From NCBI GenBank assembly GCA_964533265.1, contig CAZHJW010000001.1, positions 1-51,253 of the forward strand: 51,253 nucleotides of DNA, in the 5' to 3' direction. Of the stretch, positions 41,175 to 51,252 are shown one piece after another; the first letter of the stretch is position 1, and each line of letters begins with the position of its first letter. The notes beneath the pieces were generated by a model, which was given only the letters and a program-made list of their open reading frames with translations, did no database searches and was not told the origin of the DNA. A program made the translations under genes and the position numbers. The stretch comes from an uncultured Pedosphaera sp. (GTDB lineage: Bacteria > Verrucomicrobiota > Verrucomicrobiia > Limisphaerales > UBA1100).

Positions 41175-41202
41175 AACCTACCACTGTATTGGAGTTCGTC
41201 TA
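41175..41202 (-). promoter_or_regulatory. Putative promoter of the large ncRNA (-35 TAGACG, 16 bp, extended -10 TGgTAGGTT)
   Basis: Minus strand TAGACG (41202-41197) and TAGGTT (41180-41175) preceded by TGn; +1 at ~41168, where the hairpin series starts. Confidence 0.5.
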
Positions 41203-41428
41203 CCGATTTTTGCTACCACCTTTTTCACAAACATTCTATCCTTTGGCATGAATTACTTGTTGAGTGGCGCTTATTTAATTGAAAGATTTATCTCTATTGT
41301 GAAGTTCTTCACAATCCCTCTTGTGGCGACTCTTGCCTATGTGAATAAATTCAAATAATTGAACCGCCCATACATGGTAATGATTGTATCTTTACATGGG
41401 ATTTTGGAAACATTTATATCTCCGCAAA

Positions 41429-41935
41429 ATGCACTCATGCCTTAAGCTATTGGCCGCGGTTTTCCTGTTTGCCGGATGCAACTATCCCGTTGAAACCAAG
41501 CGGAATAAGGCTCAGTTTGCATTTTATATTGAAGAATTTCCTCAGCAAGGGGCAAAAACTATGCTTTTAAAGGTATATCAAGCCAGCCCTAAAATGGTAC
41601 ACGTTGCTCCTAAGCCGGTCCTGGTTGGAGGGCCTGGCATGCTTAAAGGGACACGTGTTATCAATACACAGGATGGGCTTCATGCAATTCAGCTTAATTT
41701 CACCACGCGCGGGCAGGCTTTAATGGAGTATTTAACCACTAATTTCAGAGATCGAAGGCTTTACGTGGTTGTTGCTCAAAGTGATCAATCCAAAACCAAT
41801 GGCGTCAATTCGCGATGCATTGGAGCGTCATATATTCGGCAAACATTGAGGGCTTCATCCATGGCCTTTACTCCTGACGCTTCCCGTGAAGAATCTGAAA
41901 GCATTGTTGATCTTGTAAACAAAACACTCGAATAA
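41429..41935 (+). CDS. Lipoprotein with a SecD/SecDF P1-head-like segment
   Basis: Lipobox FAGC after the ATG at 41429; AIQLNFTTRGQALMEYLTTNFRDRRLYVVV resembles the P1 head motif (cf. this window's SecDF: EIHFTLDALGANQFAKVT...RLLCIVLDG). Confidence 0.6.
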   Translation: MHSCLKLLAAVFLFAGCNYPVETKRNKAQFAFYIEEFPQQGAKTMLLKVYQASPKMVHVAPKPVLVGGPGMLKGTRVINTQDGLHAIQLNFTTRGQALMEYLTTNFRDRRLYVVVAQSDQSKTNGVNSRCIGASYIRQTLRASSMAFTPDASREESESIVDLVNKTLE

Positions 41936-41993
41936 CTAACAGTAACTCGATTATTAGATATAAGAATGATCAGCAGAGAATTATTAATTTTAA

Positions 41994-43037
41994 ATGCGTT
42001 TATTAATTAGTATCATCCTACTGCTATCTGCTTCGTGTAAGCCCTACGAACAAAAAGGAGATCGGGAATTACTTGCTACCGCAGAGGCACGCGTCCACTT
42101 TGCTTTTCCTACTGCAAACGTCGAATTATTGAAGGCTGGGGGGGAAACGAATTTCTTCGCTCGGACTAACCTGGAAAGACCGTGGCAAAGTGGTGCATTT
42201 GGATGCGTGAGGAACAGCGGCACGCGACTTCATGAAGGAATCGACATTCTAAGCCAAGTTCGGGACACCAAGAATGAGCCTGTTGACAAGGTAAAAGCCT
42301 CTCGGAAAGGAAAGGTCGTGCATTTAAACAGAAACATCGCTGCCTCTAACTACGGGAAATATGCTGTCCTAATACATAATGTGGATGGTCTGCCGGTATA
42401 CACTCTCTATGCCCATTTAAGGAACATCGAAGGAGATTTGGTTGTGGGGTGTTCGGTTGAAGAAGGCGAGATCATTGGTGTTTTAGGACGTACTGCTAAT
42501 ACACGGGATGAAATAGCTCAATGGCGAGCTCATCTTCATTTTGAGGTTGGGGTTCAGGTAAACACTAAATTTGATCGCTGGTTTGGCACTTGGTATAAGG
42601 GCGGCAACAATCATCACGGTAACTGGAGTGGCCTCAATTTATTGGGGCTGGACGCGGCTCAGATACTTAAATTGAGTAAATTAGGGGAATTCAGTTTCAA
42701 AGAATATTTAATGTCTTTGCCAATTCTTTGCAGAGTGACTGTATTTCAGAAAAATGTGGATTGGATAGACCGGTATCCTGAGTTAATTGATAATTCCAAC
42801 AACGACGGAGAAGCGCCAACCGCATGGGATCTAGATCTCAATTGGAATGGAATCCCTATCCGGATTACTCCTCGAAAAGATGAAGTGATAAGTGGTGGTG
42901 CAAAATACCAAATAATTAATGTTTATGAAGATGTTCGAGCCAAGCACCCTTGTAATGGTTTATTGTTTCGAAAAGGCCAAAAATGGATCTTTAGTAGTAA
43001 AGGAAAGAGGTTGATGGATCTATTGCTTTTCCGTTGA
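41994..43037 (+). CDS. M23-family metallopeptidase lipoprotein
   Basis: Lipobox LSASC; HEGID (HxxxD), YG.Y, YTLYAHL, HLHFE. Confidence 0.9.
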   Translation: MRLLISIILLLSASCKPYEQKGDRELLATAEARVHFAFPTANVELLKAGGETNFFARTNLERPWQSGAFGCVRNSGTRLHEGIDILSQVRDTKNEPVDKVKASRKGKVVHLNRNIAASNYGKYAVLIHNVDGLPVYTLYAHLRNIEGDLVVGCSVEEGEIIGVLGRTANTRDEIAQWRAHLHFEVGVQVNTKFDRWFGTWYKGGNNHHGNWSGLNLLGLDAAQILKLSKLGEFSFKEYLMSLPILCRVTVFQKNVDWIDRYPELIDNSNNDGEAPTAWDLDLNWNGIPIRITPRKDEVISGGAKYQIINVYEDVRAKHPCNGLLFRKGQKWIFSSKGKRLMDLLLFR

Positions 43038-43082
43038 TTCACCCTTGCCCGATTCAATCTCGCTTTCTAACCTCGCCGCGCG

Positions 43083-44252
43083 ATGGAATATAGACTTTCA
43101 GAACGCGCAGCATCTTTAGCACCCTCTATGACGCTGGCGATTACTGCCAAGGCAAAGGAGCTCAAGGCAGCTGGCGAGGATGTTATTGGACTAGGAGCGG
43201 GTGAGCCAGATTTTGATACACCTGAGCATATAAAGGAGGCAGCCACAAAAGCCTTGGCTGGCGGGTTCACTAAGTATACCCCAGCGGCTGGCACCCCAGA
43301 ACTTCGCGACGCTGTAGTGCGCAAATTTGAACGGGAAAACGGGCTGAGCTATGACCCTCAGCAAGTCATTGTTTCGAGTGGAGGCAAGCATTCCTGTTAC
43401 AATGTAATGATGGCTCTCTGTCAAACTGGAGACGAGGTGATTATCCCCTCGCCTTACTGGCTGAGTTACCCAGAAATGGTAAAACTTGCAGGGGCTGTGC
43501 CTGTCATTATTGAAACCACCGACGACACAGAATTTAAGGTGAGTCCGGATCAGCTACGTGCTGCAATCACTAATAAAACACGTCTTTTTGTCCTTAATTC
43601 ACCCAGCAATCCAACCGGCTCAGTTTACACCCCCGAGGAGCTGGCTGCACTCGGGGATGTGTGCGTGGAAAGAGGGGTTCTCATTATGAGTGATGAGATC
43701 TATGAAAAGTTGATTTATGGTGATGCTCAATTCACGAGTGTGGCATCCTGCTCAAAAGAACATCAAAATCACACCATCATTGTGCACGGCCTAGCTAAGG
43801 CATACTCCATGACGGGATGGCGCATTGGATTTATGGCTGCTCCCCTGTCTATTGCAAAGGCTGTTAGCGCTATCCAAAGTCACAGTACCAGTAACGCAAC
43901 TTCCTTTGCTCAGTCAGGTGCTGTGCAGGCGCTGGATGGCCCTCAAGATCACTTGAAGGGTTGGTTAAATGAATTTTCAAAAAGACGTATCTTTGCCTTC
44001 GAAAGGTTAAATTCGATGAAGAGTATAAGCTGCGTGAACGCGCAGGGAGCCTTTTACCTGTTCCCAAAGATTTCATCTGTTGGCATGAAGTCCGCACAAT
44101 TCTGTGATGGGCTTCTTTCTGAAGCCAAAGTGGCAGCGGTGCCTGGTATCGCTTTTGGGGCTGATGATTATATTCGGATTAGCTATGCCACCAGTATGGA
44201 GAATCTCGAAAAGGGGCTGGCGCGAATGGAAGATTTTGTGGAAAGTTTGTAA
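43083..44252 (+). CDS. aspC: PLP-dependent class I aminotransferase (aspartate aminotransferase-like)
   Basis: GEPDFDTP, NSPSNPTG, SDEIYE, AKAYSMTGWRIG, GAFYLF, RISYA. Confidence 0.88.
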   Translation: MEYRLSERAASLAPSMTLAITAKAKELKAAGEDVIGLGAGEPDFDTPEHIKEAATKALAGGFTKYTPAAGTPELRDAVVRKFERENGLSYDPQQVIVSSGGKHSCYNVMMALCQTGDEVIIPSPYWLSYPEMVKLAGAVPVIIETTDDTEFKVSPDQLRAAITNKTRLFVLNSPSNPTGSVYTPEELAALGDVCVERGVLIMSDEIYEKLIYGDAQFTSVASCSKEHQNHTIIVHGLAKAYSMTGWRIGFMAAPLSIAKAVSAIQSHSTSNATSFAQSGAVQALDGPQDHLKGWLNEFSKRRIFAFERLNSMKSISCVNAQGAFYLFPKISSVGMKSAQFCDGLLSEAKVAAVPGIAFGADDYIRISYATSMENLEKGLARMEDFVESL

Positions 44253-44266
44253 CCTCGGCATGAGAA

Positions 44267-45292
44267 TCAATTAATAGCCCAGTTTGGAGATATCTCCTCC
44301 TCTAGCGGGGAGTGTGGAGCTCCTTGGTCATACATCAATTTAGCGAGCAGCCCGACCATGCCTGCGTTATCGGTGCACATATCTGGCGGAGTAATTCGTA
44401 GTTGAATTTCAACGTCTTTACATGTCCGCTCAAATTCTGACCTTAATAAGGAATTGGAGGCTACACCCCCCGATACTGTAATGCATTTTACTTTCTCTCG
44501 CCGCGCTGCCCGTAAAGTTTTTTTCAGGAGAACCTCGACGATAGCGGCTTGAATGCTTGCACATAGATTAGGCATAGATTCGTTTCCGCACAGAAGCGAG
44601 GGGTTTTTTTCAAGAAAATATCTTACTGAGGTTTTCAGGCCGCTAAAGCTTAAATTGTCATTCTCCTTATTGATCATGGGCCTTGCGAAATTATAACTAT
44701 TGGGGTCTCCTCTTTTTGCTAGACGGTCAATCTGTGGGCCTCCTGGGTAGCCGAGGCCAAGCAGTTTTGCGGTCTTATCAAAACACTCACCAGCGGCATC
44801 ATCCTGTGTTTGGCCTAGAATCTTGTGGTTCAGCGGTTTGGTTGTTTTTGCGATGATTGTGTGGCCTCCGCTCACTATTAAGGAAATATTCGGCTCAAAA
44901 TTATCTATATTACTCTTGATGGGCGAACCGGAAAACCATGCAGAATATAGGTGTGCCATAACATGGTTTACCGCAATAAGAGGGCGGTTGATTGAATATG
45001 AAAATGCTTGGGCTGTTTTCCAGCCTACCCTTAAAGCTGAGGGAAGGCCGGGGCCTCGAGTAGCAGCTACTGCTGAAAGTTCTGATGCTGTGCAGGAAGC
45101 GAGTGAAAGCGCCTCTTGAATAACTGGCTGAATATTCTTTAAGTGTTCTCTGGTCGCTAGTTCGGGCACTACCCCGCCATATGCTGCATGTATTTCGATT
45201 TGTGAAGAAACTACATTCGAGAGGACTCGATTATTCTCAATAACAGCCGCGCTTGTTTCATCACAGGAGGTTTCGATGGCCAATAGGCGCAT
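44267..45292 (-). CDS. tsaD: tRNA t6A biosynthesis protein TsaD
   Basis: IETSCDETS, GGVVPELA.R.H, GPGL, HxxxH, VSGGHT, DDAAGE.FDK, SFSGLKT, CTDNAGM. Confidence 0.95.
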   Translation of the reverse strand: MRLLAIETSCDETSAAVIENNRVLSNVVSSQIEIHAAYGGVVPELATREHLKNIQPVIQEALSLASCTASELSAVAATRGPGLPSALRVGWKTAQAFSYSINRPLIAVNHVMAHLYSAWFSGSPIKSNIDNFEPNISLIVSGGHTIIAKTTKPLNHKILGQTQDDAAGECFDKTAKLLGLGYPGGPQIDRLAKRGDPNSYNFARPMINKENDNLSFSGLKTSVRYFLEKNPSLLCGNESMPNLCASIQAAIVEVLLKKTLRAARREKVKCITVSGGVASNSLLRSEFERTCKDVEIQLRITPPDMCTDNAGMVGLLAKLMYDQGAPHSPLEEEISPNWAIN

Positions 45293-45294
45293 CT

Positions 45295-46563
45295 TTAATT
45301 CGCCTTAAGGAGGTCAGATAAGATTTCGATCGCTTTTGTTAGCTGTGGGTCGACAGCATTGCTTATGCGCTCGCGTTCTTCTGGATCAAGCGTATCCATT
45401 AAACCTGGAGAACGCTTCATCATGATGTCGCGCATTTGTTCAGGGGTCATTTTGATTGGGTAATGCGGCTCAATTCCTTTTTCATGGATGGTGCGGTGAC
45501 TGGGAGTAAAATATTTTGCTGTAGTTAATCGCAGGGCCGACCCATCCCTCATTGGGAGGATGCTTTGAACCGAGCCTTTGCCGAAGGTCTTCGCTCCGAC
45601 AAGCTTGGCTCTATCAAGGTCTTTGAGGCATCCAGCAACAATCTCAGAGGCACTGGCACTGCCCCCGTTAACCAAGATTACTAACGGCATCTTCCGATGT
45701 GTTTCTGATTCAGAAACGAGCCTATCTTGTTCTTTTGCGTTTCTTCCTTCGGTGGAGACGATTAGTTGGTTTTCTGTCAAAAATTTTTCAGATACTCGCG
45801 CAGATTGCGTGAGAAGTCCTCCAGGATTGTCACGTAAATCTAAAACCAACCCTTGCATTCCATTCCCCTCCATTTTCACGAGGGCGTCTTCCAGTTCCTT
45901 AGAAGTGTTATCTGAAAAACTCGAAAGCCTAGCGTACCCAATTCCTCCAGAGATCAGATTGTATTCACCCTTCCCGTTAAGGTCTCGAACACTTTTGGTT
46001 TTGATGCGCTCGCGTTTAAGGGAGATATTGATGGTTTCTTCACTTGATGGACGATAGATGGTTATATCAACTTCGGTATCAATTTTCCCTCTTAACTGGC
46101 CGACAGCGTCTGTGATGTTCATTCCTTCTGTACTCTTGCCTTTGATCTTTATGATTCGGTCACCCGGTTGAAGGCCGGCACGCGCACCAGGAGTATCGTC
46201 CATTGGTGATATAATCGTTAGCCAGGCATTTCGCATGGTGACAACAATTCCAATCCCCCCGAATTGCTGGCGGGTATCATCGACAAGTGCTTTGTGCCGG
46301 TCAGCGGGCATGTATTCGCTGTGGGGGTCAAGTACGGACAGCATGCCTTTAAGGGCTCCCTCCATGAGTTTGTCATATGAAACTTTTTCCTCGTCGACAT
46401 AGTTTCTACGGACCTGTTCAAGGACACGCGAAAATTTTTCCATATGGGCATAAACGTTCTGATTGCCGGCGGCTTCTGCGCTGACCGTGAAATGTCTGAA
46501 ACCGACATAGAGGTTTACCGCTAAAACCGCTGCTAATAGTACGCTCACAAACCGTTGATTCAT
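45295..46563 (-). CDS. ctpA: S41A carboxy-terminal processing protease
   Basis: LDPHS, PDZ domain, DLRDNPGGLL, SASASEI, TFGKGSVQ, LTTAKY.TP. Confidence 0.92.
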   Translation of the reverse strand: MNQRFVSVLLAAVLAVNLYVGFRHFTVSAEAAGNQNVYAHMEKFSRVLEQVRRNYVDEEKVSYDKLMEGALKGMLSVLDPHSEYMPADRHKALVDDTRQQFGGIGIVVTMRNAWLTIISPMDDTPGARAGLQPGDRIIKIKGKSTEGMNITDAVGQLRGKIDTEVDITIYRPSSEETINISLKRERIKTKSVRDLNGKGEYNLISGGIGYARLSSFSDNTSKELEDALVKMEGNGMQGLVLDLRDNPGGLLTQSARVSEKFLTENQLIVSTEGRNAKEQDRLVSESETHRKMPLVILVNGGSASASEIVAGCLKDLDRAKLVGAKTFGKGSVQSILPMRDGSALRLTTAKYFTPSHRTIHEKGIEPHYPIKMTPEQMRDIMMKRSPGLMDTLDPEERERISNAVDPQLTKAIEILSDLLKAN

Positions 46564-46604
46564 GGCCCGAAACTATCCTACTACTAGCAGAAGGCAAGTA
46601 ACGG

Positions 46605-47282
46605 TTATCCCTCCAAAAGAAATTGGATAAATGGGAGGTCCGCGCTGGTTGTCACTTTGGGGTTTGGTCTTCGGGATTCAATCAAAATGACAGGATGGTC
46701 AATCAGCTCACAAGCAGCGGTGTCATCCGTGACAGAGGCTTTCTGAGCATCAACCGCTCTCATAGCCTCCAGAATCGTGGTGATCTTAAATACTTGGGGT
46801 GTTTGAACAGACCAGAGGTGGGTCCTGTCGATGTTTTGACTGATGCGAGATTGACCGTTAGAAAGCTTAATTGTATCCACAATTTTTGTTGCCGCTACGG
46901 AAGCACCATGTTCTTTGGCTGCCGAAATTGCATTTGATACAGTCTCGGGGTCAACACAAGGCCTTGCTCCATCATGGATGGCAACTATTTCACAATTTTC
47001 AGACGCTGCTCCAAGCCCATTGCGAACCGAGTCCTGCCTTTCTGGGCCTCCAATAGCAAAAGAATATGGCTTGATAGGGTTAATTTTAGTGGCGAGGTTT
47101 TCGAATTCGGATAAGGCCTCTTCGCGAATAACAAGGACTATCTCGTCAATGTCAGGGTGTTGGTCAAATGCGTGCCAAGTATGGCCAACTATTGGAAGAT
47201 TGTTCACTTCAAGAAAGAGCTTATCCCCCTTCTCATCCATGCGCGTACCGCGACCGGCGGCAACGATGACTCCAGTTGTCAT
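46605..47282 (-). CDS. ispD: 2-C-methyl-D-erythritol 4-phosphate cytidylyltransferase
   Basis: AAG.GTRM, RQDSV, IHDGARP, QTPQVF, TDD, N.KVT...DL. Confidence 0.94.
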   Translation of the reverse strand: MTTGVIVAAGRGTRMDEKGDKLFLEVNNLPIVGHTWHAFDQHPDIDEIVLVIREEALSEFENLATKINPIKPYSFAIGGPERQDSVRNGLGAASENCEIVAIHDGARPCVDPETVSNAISAAKEHGASVAATKIVDTIKLSNGQSRISQNIDRTHLWSVQTPQVFKITTILEAMRAVDAQKASVTDDTAACELIDHPVILIESRRPNPKVTTSADLPFIQFLLEG

Positions 47283-47293
47283 TCCTCAATTTG

Positions 47294-49012
47294 TCACTCA
47301 GAGGGTTGCCAGTCGAGCATCTTCAATTGAATGGATTTATTGCCTCGCCAGATGTTGATTGATGGTTGAACAGCAAGGTTAAATCTGCCCTCGGGCATAG
47401 GCTTGCCCAGTGCGTTCCAATAGACAGCCTCGACTGTTGAATTGCCGTCAGTGACATGCAGTTTTGCGTGTTGTTTATCGGCTCCCATCCATCTAACTGG
47501 AGCATTCACTTCTAAGTCGTTTACCGAAAGATGGACTGGCGCTACTCCCTGCCCAACCGGTTGCAAGGCTTGCAGAGAATCGATTGCATCAATAGTCAAT
47601 TTTCTCAAAGGAGTAGGCCCATCAAGGCGAAGGGTTGGCGTAAGTTCGCTTTCACGAATGCTAGAACGCACCGTATCATTAAGGCGCTTGCGGAAGAGGT
47701 TGATATTCTTTGGGTTCAGATTTACTCCTGCTGCCATAGCATGACCTCCGTGACGATTAACAACATCGCCGCATTGATGAAGTGCAGCTGCAAGATCAAA
47801 ACCTTTAATGCTACGTCCAGAACCTCTCATTCCATCAGGGCTGCCGCCAAGAATAAATGTTGGTCGGTAGAATTCCTTTTGTACTCTTGAAGCGACAATG
47901 CCTACTACGCCGATATTCCAATCTGGCTCACCTTCAACGATCGCGTAATCATTCTCAGGATCGAATTGAGCGCTTAATCGCTCCATGACCTGTTGAGTAA
48001 TATCTTTTTCAACCTTTTGTCGTTCACGGTTTTGGCGATCGAGCATGCATGCCAGATTTGAAGCGACGTCCTGCTCGGATGAAGTTAATAAATCAAGAGA
48101 AGTCATGGCGCTTTTTAAACGGCCGGCAGCATTGAGTCTTGGCCCTAATTGAAAGCCCACTTCAAATGAGCCTATGGGCCCTTTGATGTCTGATTCAGAA
48201 ATGAGCGCATTTAAGCCTATTCTATCCGTACGGTTCAGTTGCTCTAATCCTTTAACTGCCAATATTCGGTTTTCCTCCACGAGAGGCACCAAGTCAGCAA
48301 TAGTCCCAAGAGCCACCAAATCCAGCAGTAATCTAATATCATATTCCTTAAATGCCGGTTCTCCTTTGTTACGTCCCTGTTTGATCAAGCCGTGCACTAA
48401 CTTGAAGGCGAGGCCAGCTGTGCAAAGTTCATGAAATCTTTTGGGAGATTTAGTTTCCAATTGTGGGTTTACCAGTGCAACCGGCTTGGGGGGAGGATCG
48501 GAAACCTGGTGATGATCAAGAACAATAACATCAATCTTTTGGCTTTTGAGTTTCTCTATAACTGCGAGGGATGTAGACCCGCAATCAGCAGCAATCAAAA
48601 GTTTTGGGTTGTGAGTCTTAACACAGTTCTCAACGCCCTCGGAGGTTAAGCCGTATCCCTCATCTACACGATTAGGCAGATATGCGCATATATCCCAGCC
48701 CAGAGCCTGCATGCTTTCGAGTAAGATTGCCGTTGAGGTGATTCCATCGACATCATAATCGCCAAAAACAACAATTTTTTGCTTTTTAGATCGTGCCTGA
48801 AATAAACGATCGACTGCTACAGATAAATTTGGGATCAACTCCGGCGCAGCTAAGTTGGATAATTTAGGGGAAAGAAAATCAGCCGCAGACTCGACACTTG
48901 ATAAACCTCGATTAACAAGGCATCGGCATAAAAGTTCACTGACACCTAATTGCTTAAAAAACTCTTTTATCAAACCTTCATCAGGTTTTTCAATTTTCCA
49001 GATGTGCCTCAT
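47294..49012 (-). CDS. recJ: ssDNA exonuclease RecJ
   Basis: GDYDVDG, EGYG, DCG, DHH, GTIADLVPL..ENR, PRLNAAGR, GSGRS, GGHAMAAG. Confidence 0.95.
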   Translation of the reverse strand: MRHIWKIEKPDEGLIKEFFKQLGVSELLCRCLVNRGLSSVESAADFLSPKLSNLAAPELIPNLSVAVDRLFQARSKKQKIVVFGDYDVDGITSTAILLESMQALGWDICAYLPNRVDEGYGLTSEGVENCVKTHNPKLLIAADCGSTSLAVIEKLKSQKIDVIVLDHHQVSDPPPKPVALVNPQLETKSPKRFHELCTAGLAFKLVHGLIKQGRNKGEPAFKEYDIRLLLDLVALGTIADLVPLVEENRILAVKGLEQLNRTDRIGLNALISESDIKGPIGSFEVGFQLGPRLNAAGRLKSAMTSLDLLTSSEQDVASNLACMLDRQNRERQKVEKDITQQVMERLSAQFDPENDYAIVEGEPDWNIGVVGIVASRVQKEFYRPTFILGGSPDGMRGSGRSIKGFDLAAALHQCGDVVNRHGGHAMAAGVNLNPKNINLFRKRLNDTVRSSIRESELTPTLRLDGPTPLRKLTIDAIDSLQALQPVGQGVAPVHLSVNDLEVNAPVRWMGADKQHAKLHVTDGNSTVEAVYWNALGKPMPEGRFNLAVQPSINIWRGNKSIQLKMLDWQPSE

Positions 49013-49272
49013 TTTTTCTTGGCTTTCATTCTGCGTTTACGCCAAGCCCTAGCTTTATCCTCTAGATATGTAAGTTTTGATCCGAGCCTTGGAAATCTAC
49101 GCTTCAAGCCAATCTTCTGAGAGCGGACTAGGGCGGATCCCTTGGAAAGACACAATATTCCAATCACTATAAAAAGAACACCCTGTAAGACAGGCAGGAA
49201 AAGACCGATGACACCTAGGACGACAAAAGCCCCGCCAATCAGAAGCCATTTAATGCGTAAAATTTTTGCCAA
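49009..49272 (-). CDS. Small membrane protein (DUF454/PGPGW-like)
   Basis: GG.FVVLGVIGLFLPVLQG..F...G two-helix pattern; stop overlaps the recJ start. Confidence 0.7.
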   Translation of the reverse strand: MAKILRIKWLLIGGAFVVLGVIGLFLPVLQGVLFIVIGILCLSKGSALVRSQKIGLKRRFPRLGSKLTYLEDKARAWRKRRMKAKKK

Positions 49273-49374
49273 TGAAATAAACCTAATCTCGGCTGAGTTG
49301 CTTTTCCGAGGCTAATTTATTTCCGGGATATGAATATCTCTATTCCTATTTCTCGGAGTTTTTTGTTTGCGCAA

Positions 49375-51252
49375 TCAAGTGACAGCAGGAACAGGGTCGG
49401 TGTCAGTTGTAGGAGAGGCAAGTTCAGGACGTTTTCCCTTATGCCATTTGAGAACGATAAAGCAGGCGATATAGATAGAAGAATATGTTCCAACAATCAC
49501 CCCTACGAGGAAGGTGAAGGCAAAGTCATTGATGACTGTGCCGCCAAAGAAGTAAAGGGTTGCTGTAGACAATAAAGTTGTTCCAGAGGTGATAATGGTT
49601 CTGCTTAAGGTTTGGTTAATAGATTTATTCATCACATCTGCGAACGAGCCTCGTGAGCCCATGCGTAAATTTTCACGAATACGATCAAAAATAACAATCG
49701 TGTCATTAATGGAAAACCCAATAATGGTCAAAGCGGCCGCCACAATGGGAGCGTTAAGTTCTCGGCCTGTTAAAAAAAACCAACCTCCAGTCATTGCGAC
49801 GTCATGCAGAATTGCAATTACTGCGCCAATTGCAAATGAGTATTCGTAACGAAAAGCGACGTACACCAAGATGCCAAAAAGCGCCAACATCACTGCAATG
49901 GCCGCCGATTTTTGAATTTCATCGCTTACGCTGGGCCCAACCTTATCTAATTGCAAACGTACAAAGTTTGCTTCTCCGTATGTCGAGCTCAGGGCTTCCT
50001 CAACGCCTTTCGCATTATCCTGGTCGCTGTCGCTCAACGGGAAATCCACACGCAACAGGCGGTCGCCACTTTCTAAATCAGGTTGAAGTTGGGCCTGAAT
50101 CTGCGAAGCGTCGATCCCTGCCTTTTCGCCAATTAATTCACGCATGCCGCCGGTTACGGCCTCGTCTAATTTGCTTAATTCAGTTTGGTCAAATTTCATA
50201 ACCATGCTGTAACCTCCCGCAAAATCGACTCCCATCATACTGTCTTTGCCTTTGGATAAGCCGTAACCGAATCCACAAATAATTAGCACCCAAGATATAA
50301 TAAACGCCGGGGTGGCGTGTTTTAAAAAGTCAAACGTCGGTAAGTTTGTTGTCGGGCGAAGGTGCAGCAGGCGTTTTGAGGAGTCGGTCCCTATGAGCTT
50401 TGCATTAGCAAGCATATCAAATATGACGCGTGTTGCTACCAGGGCCGTAAACATACTGGTAATAATACCTATGGTAAGCGTGACTCCGAATCCTTTCACC
50501 GGGCCTTTCCCCATATAGATCAGGATCACTGAAGCAATCAAAGTCGTGATATTGGCGTCAAAGATTGTGCCAAATGCTTTATCGTAGCCTGATGAGATTG
50601 CTCCTTTGAGTGATTTACCAAGATTGAGTTCTTCACGGATTCGCTCAAAGATCAGTACGTTTGCGTCTACTGCCATACCTATAGTAAGAACAACACCCGC
50701 AATGCCAGGCAGGGTAAGCGTGGCATCAAACCAGCAGAGAATCCCCAATATCATTATAATGTTTAGGGAGAGTGCTATGTTTGCAACCACGCCACTCAAC
50801 AAGTAGTATATAAGCATGAAAACGGCTACCGCGGATAAACCCCAAATGGCAGCCTTGTAACCCTTGGCTACGGAATCTCTGCCCAATGATGGAGCCACAT
50901 CGCGTTCCTCAATGATTTGCACTGCGTTCTCCAGCGGATTTTCTAGCGAATTTGCCAACATGGTGGCTTCTTCTTCGGTGAAGCTGCCTGTGATTTGGCC
51001 TCGCGCATGGATTCGGCTGTTTATGGATGGGGCGGAGATTAAGACTCCATCGAGAACGATGCATAATAACCGTGGGTCTCCTCCGCTCACTTTATGAGTC
51101 TCCGTTACTTTAGCAAATTGATTGGCCCCCAGCGCATCAAGTGTGAAATGAATTTCAGGAGCCCCGGTTAATTCGTTTCTTCGGGAGCTGGCGTTTTTGA
51201 TATGGCTTCCAGATAAAGCAACCTCTTTTAGAACAAAGTGGCTTATCGGAGT
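49375..51252 (-). CDS. secDF: Protein translocase SecDF fusion, 5' end outside the window
   Basis: SecD part (PSLG, LTLPGIAG..LTIGMAVDANVLIFERIREE, IFDANITT) fused to SecF part (GVDFAGG, VGPSV, HDV, SINDTIVIFDRIRE, TLSRT, GTYSS); the frame stays open to the window end. Confidence 0.95.
   Translation of the reverse strand, partial: TPISHFVLKEVALSGSHIKNASSRRNELTGAPEIHFTLDALGANQFAKVTETHKVSGGDPRLLCIVLDGVLISAPSINSRIHARGQITGSFTEEEATMLANSLENPLENAVQIIEERDVAPSLGRDSVAKGYKAAIWGLSAVAVFMLIYYLLSGVVANIALSLNIIMILGILCWFDATLTLPGIAGVVLTIGMAVDANVLIFERIREELNLGKSLKGAISSGYDKAFGTIFDANITTLIASVILIYMGKGPVKGFGVTLTIGIITSMFTALVATRVIFDMLANAKLIGTDSSKRLLHLRPTTNLPTFDFLKHATPAFIISWVLIICGFGYGLSKGKDSMMGVDFAGGYSMVMKFDQTELSKLDEAVTGGMRELIGEKAGIDASQIQAQLQPDLESGDRLLRVDFPLSDSDQDNAKGVEEALSSTYGEANFVRLQLDKVGPSVSDEIQKSAAIAVMLALFGILVYVAFRYEYSFAIGAVIAILHDVAMTGGWFFLTGRELNAPIVAAALTIIGFSINDTIVIFDRIRENLRMGSRGSFADVMNKSINQTLSRTIITSGTTLLSTATLYFFGGTVINDFAFTFLVGVIVGTYSSIYIACFIVLKWHKGKRPELASPTTDTDPVPAVT

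Noticed and set aside
44945-44970. TsaD metal motif reads HVMAH rather than the common HxEA/GH
   Set aside because: Both histidines and all other motifs are retained; ordinary variation.
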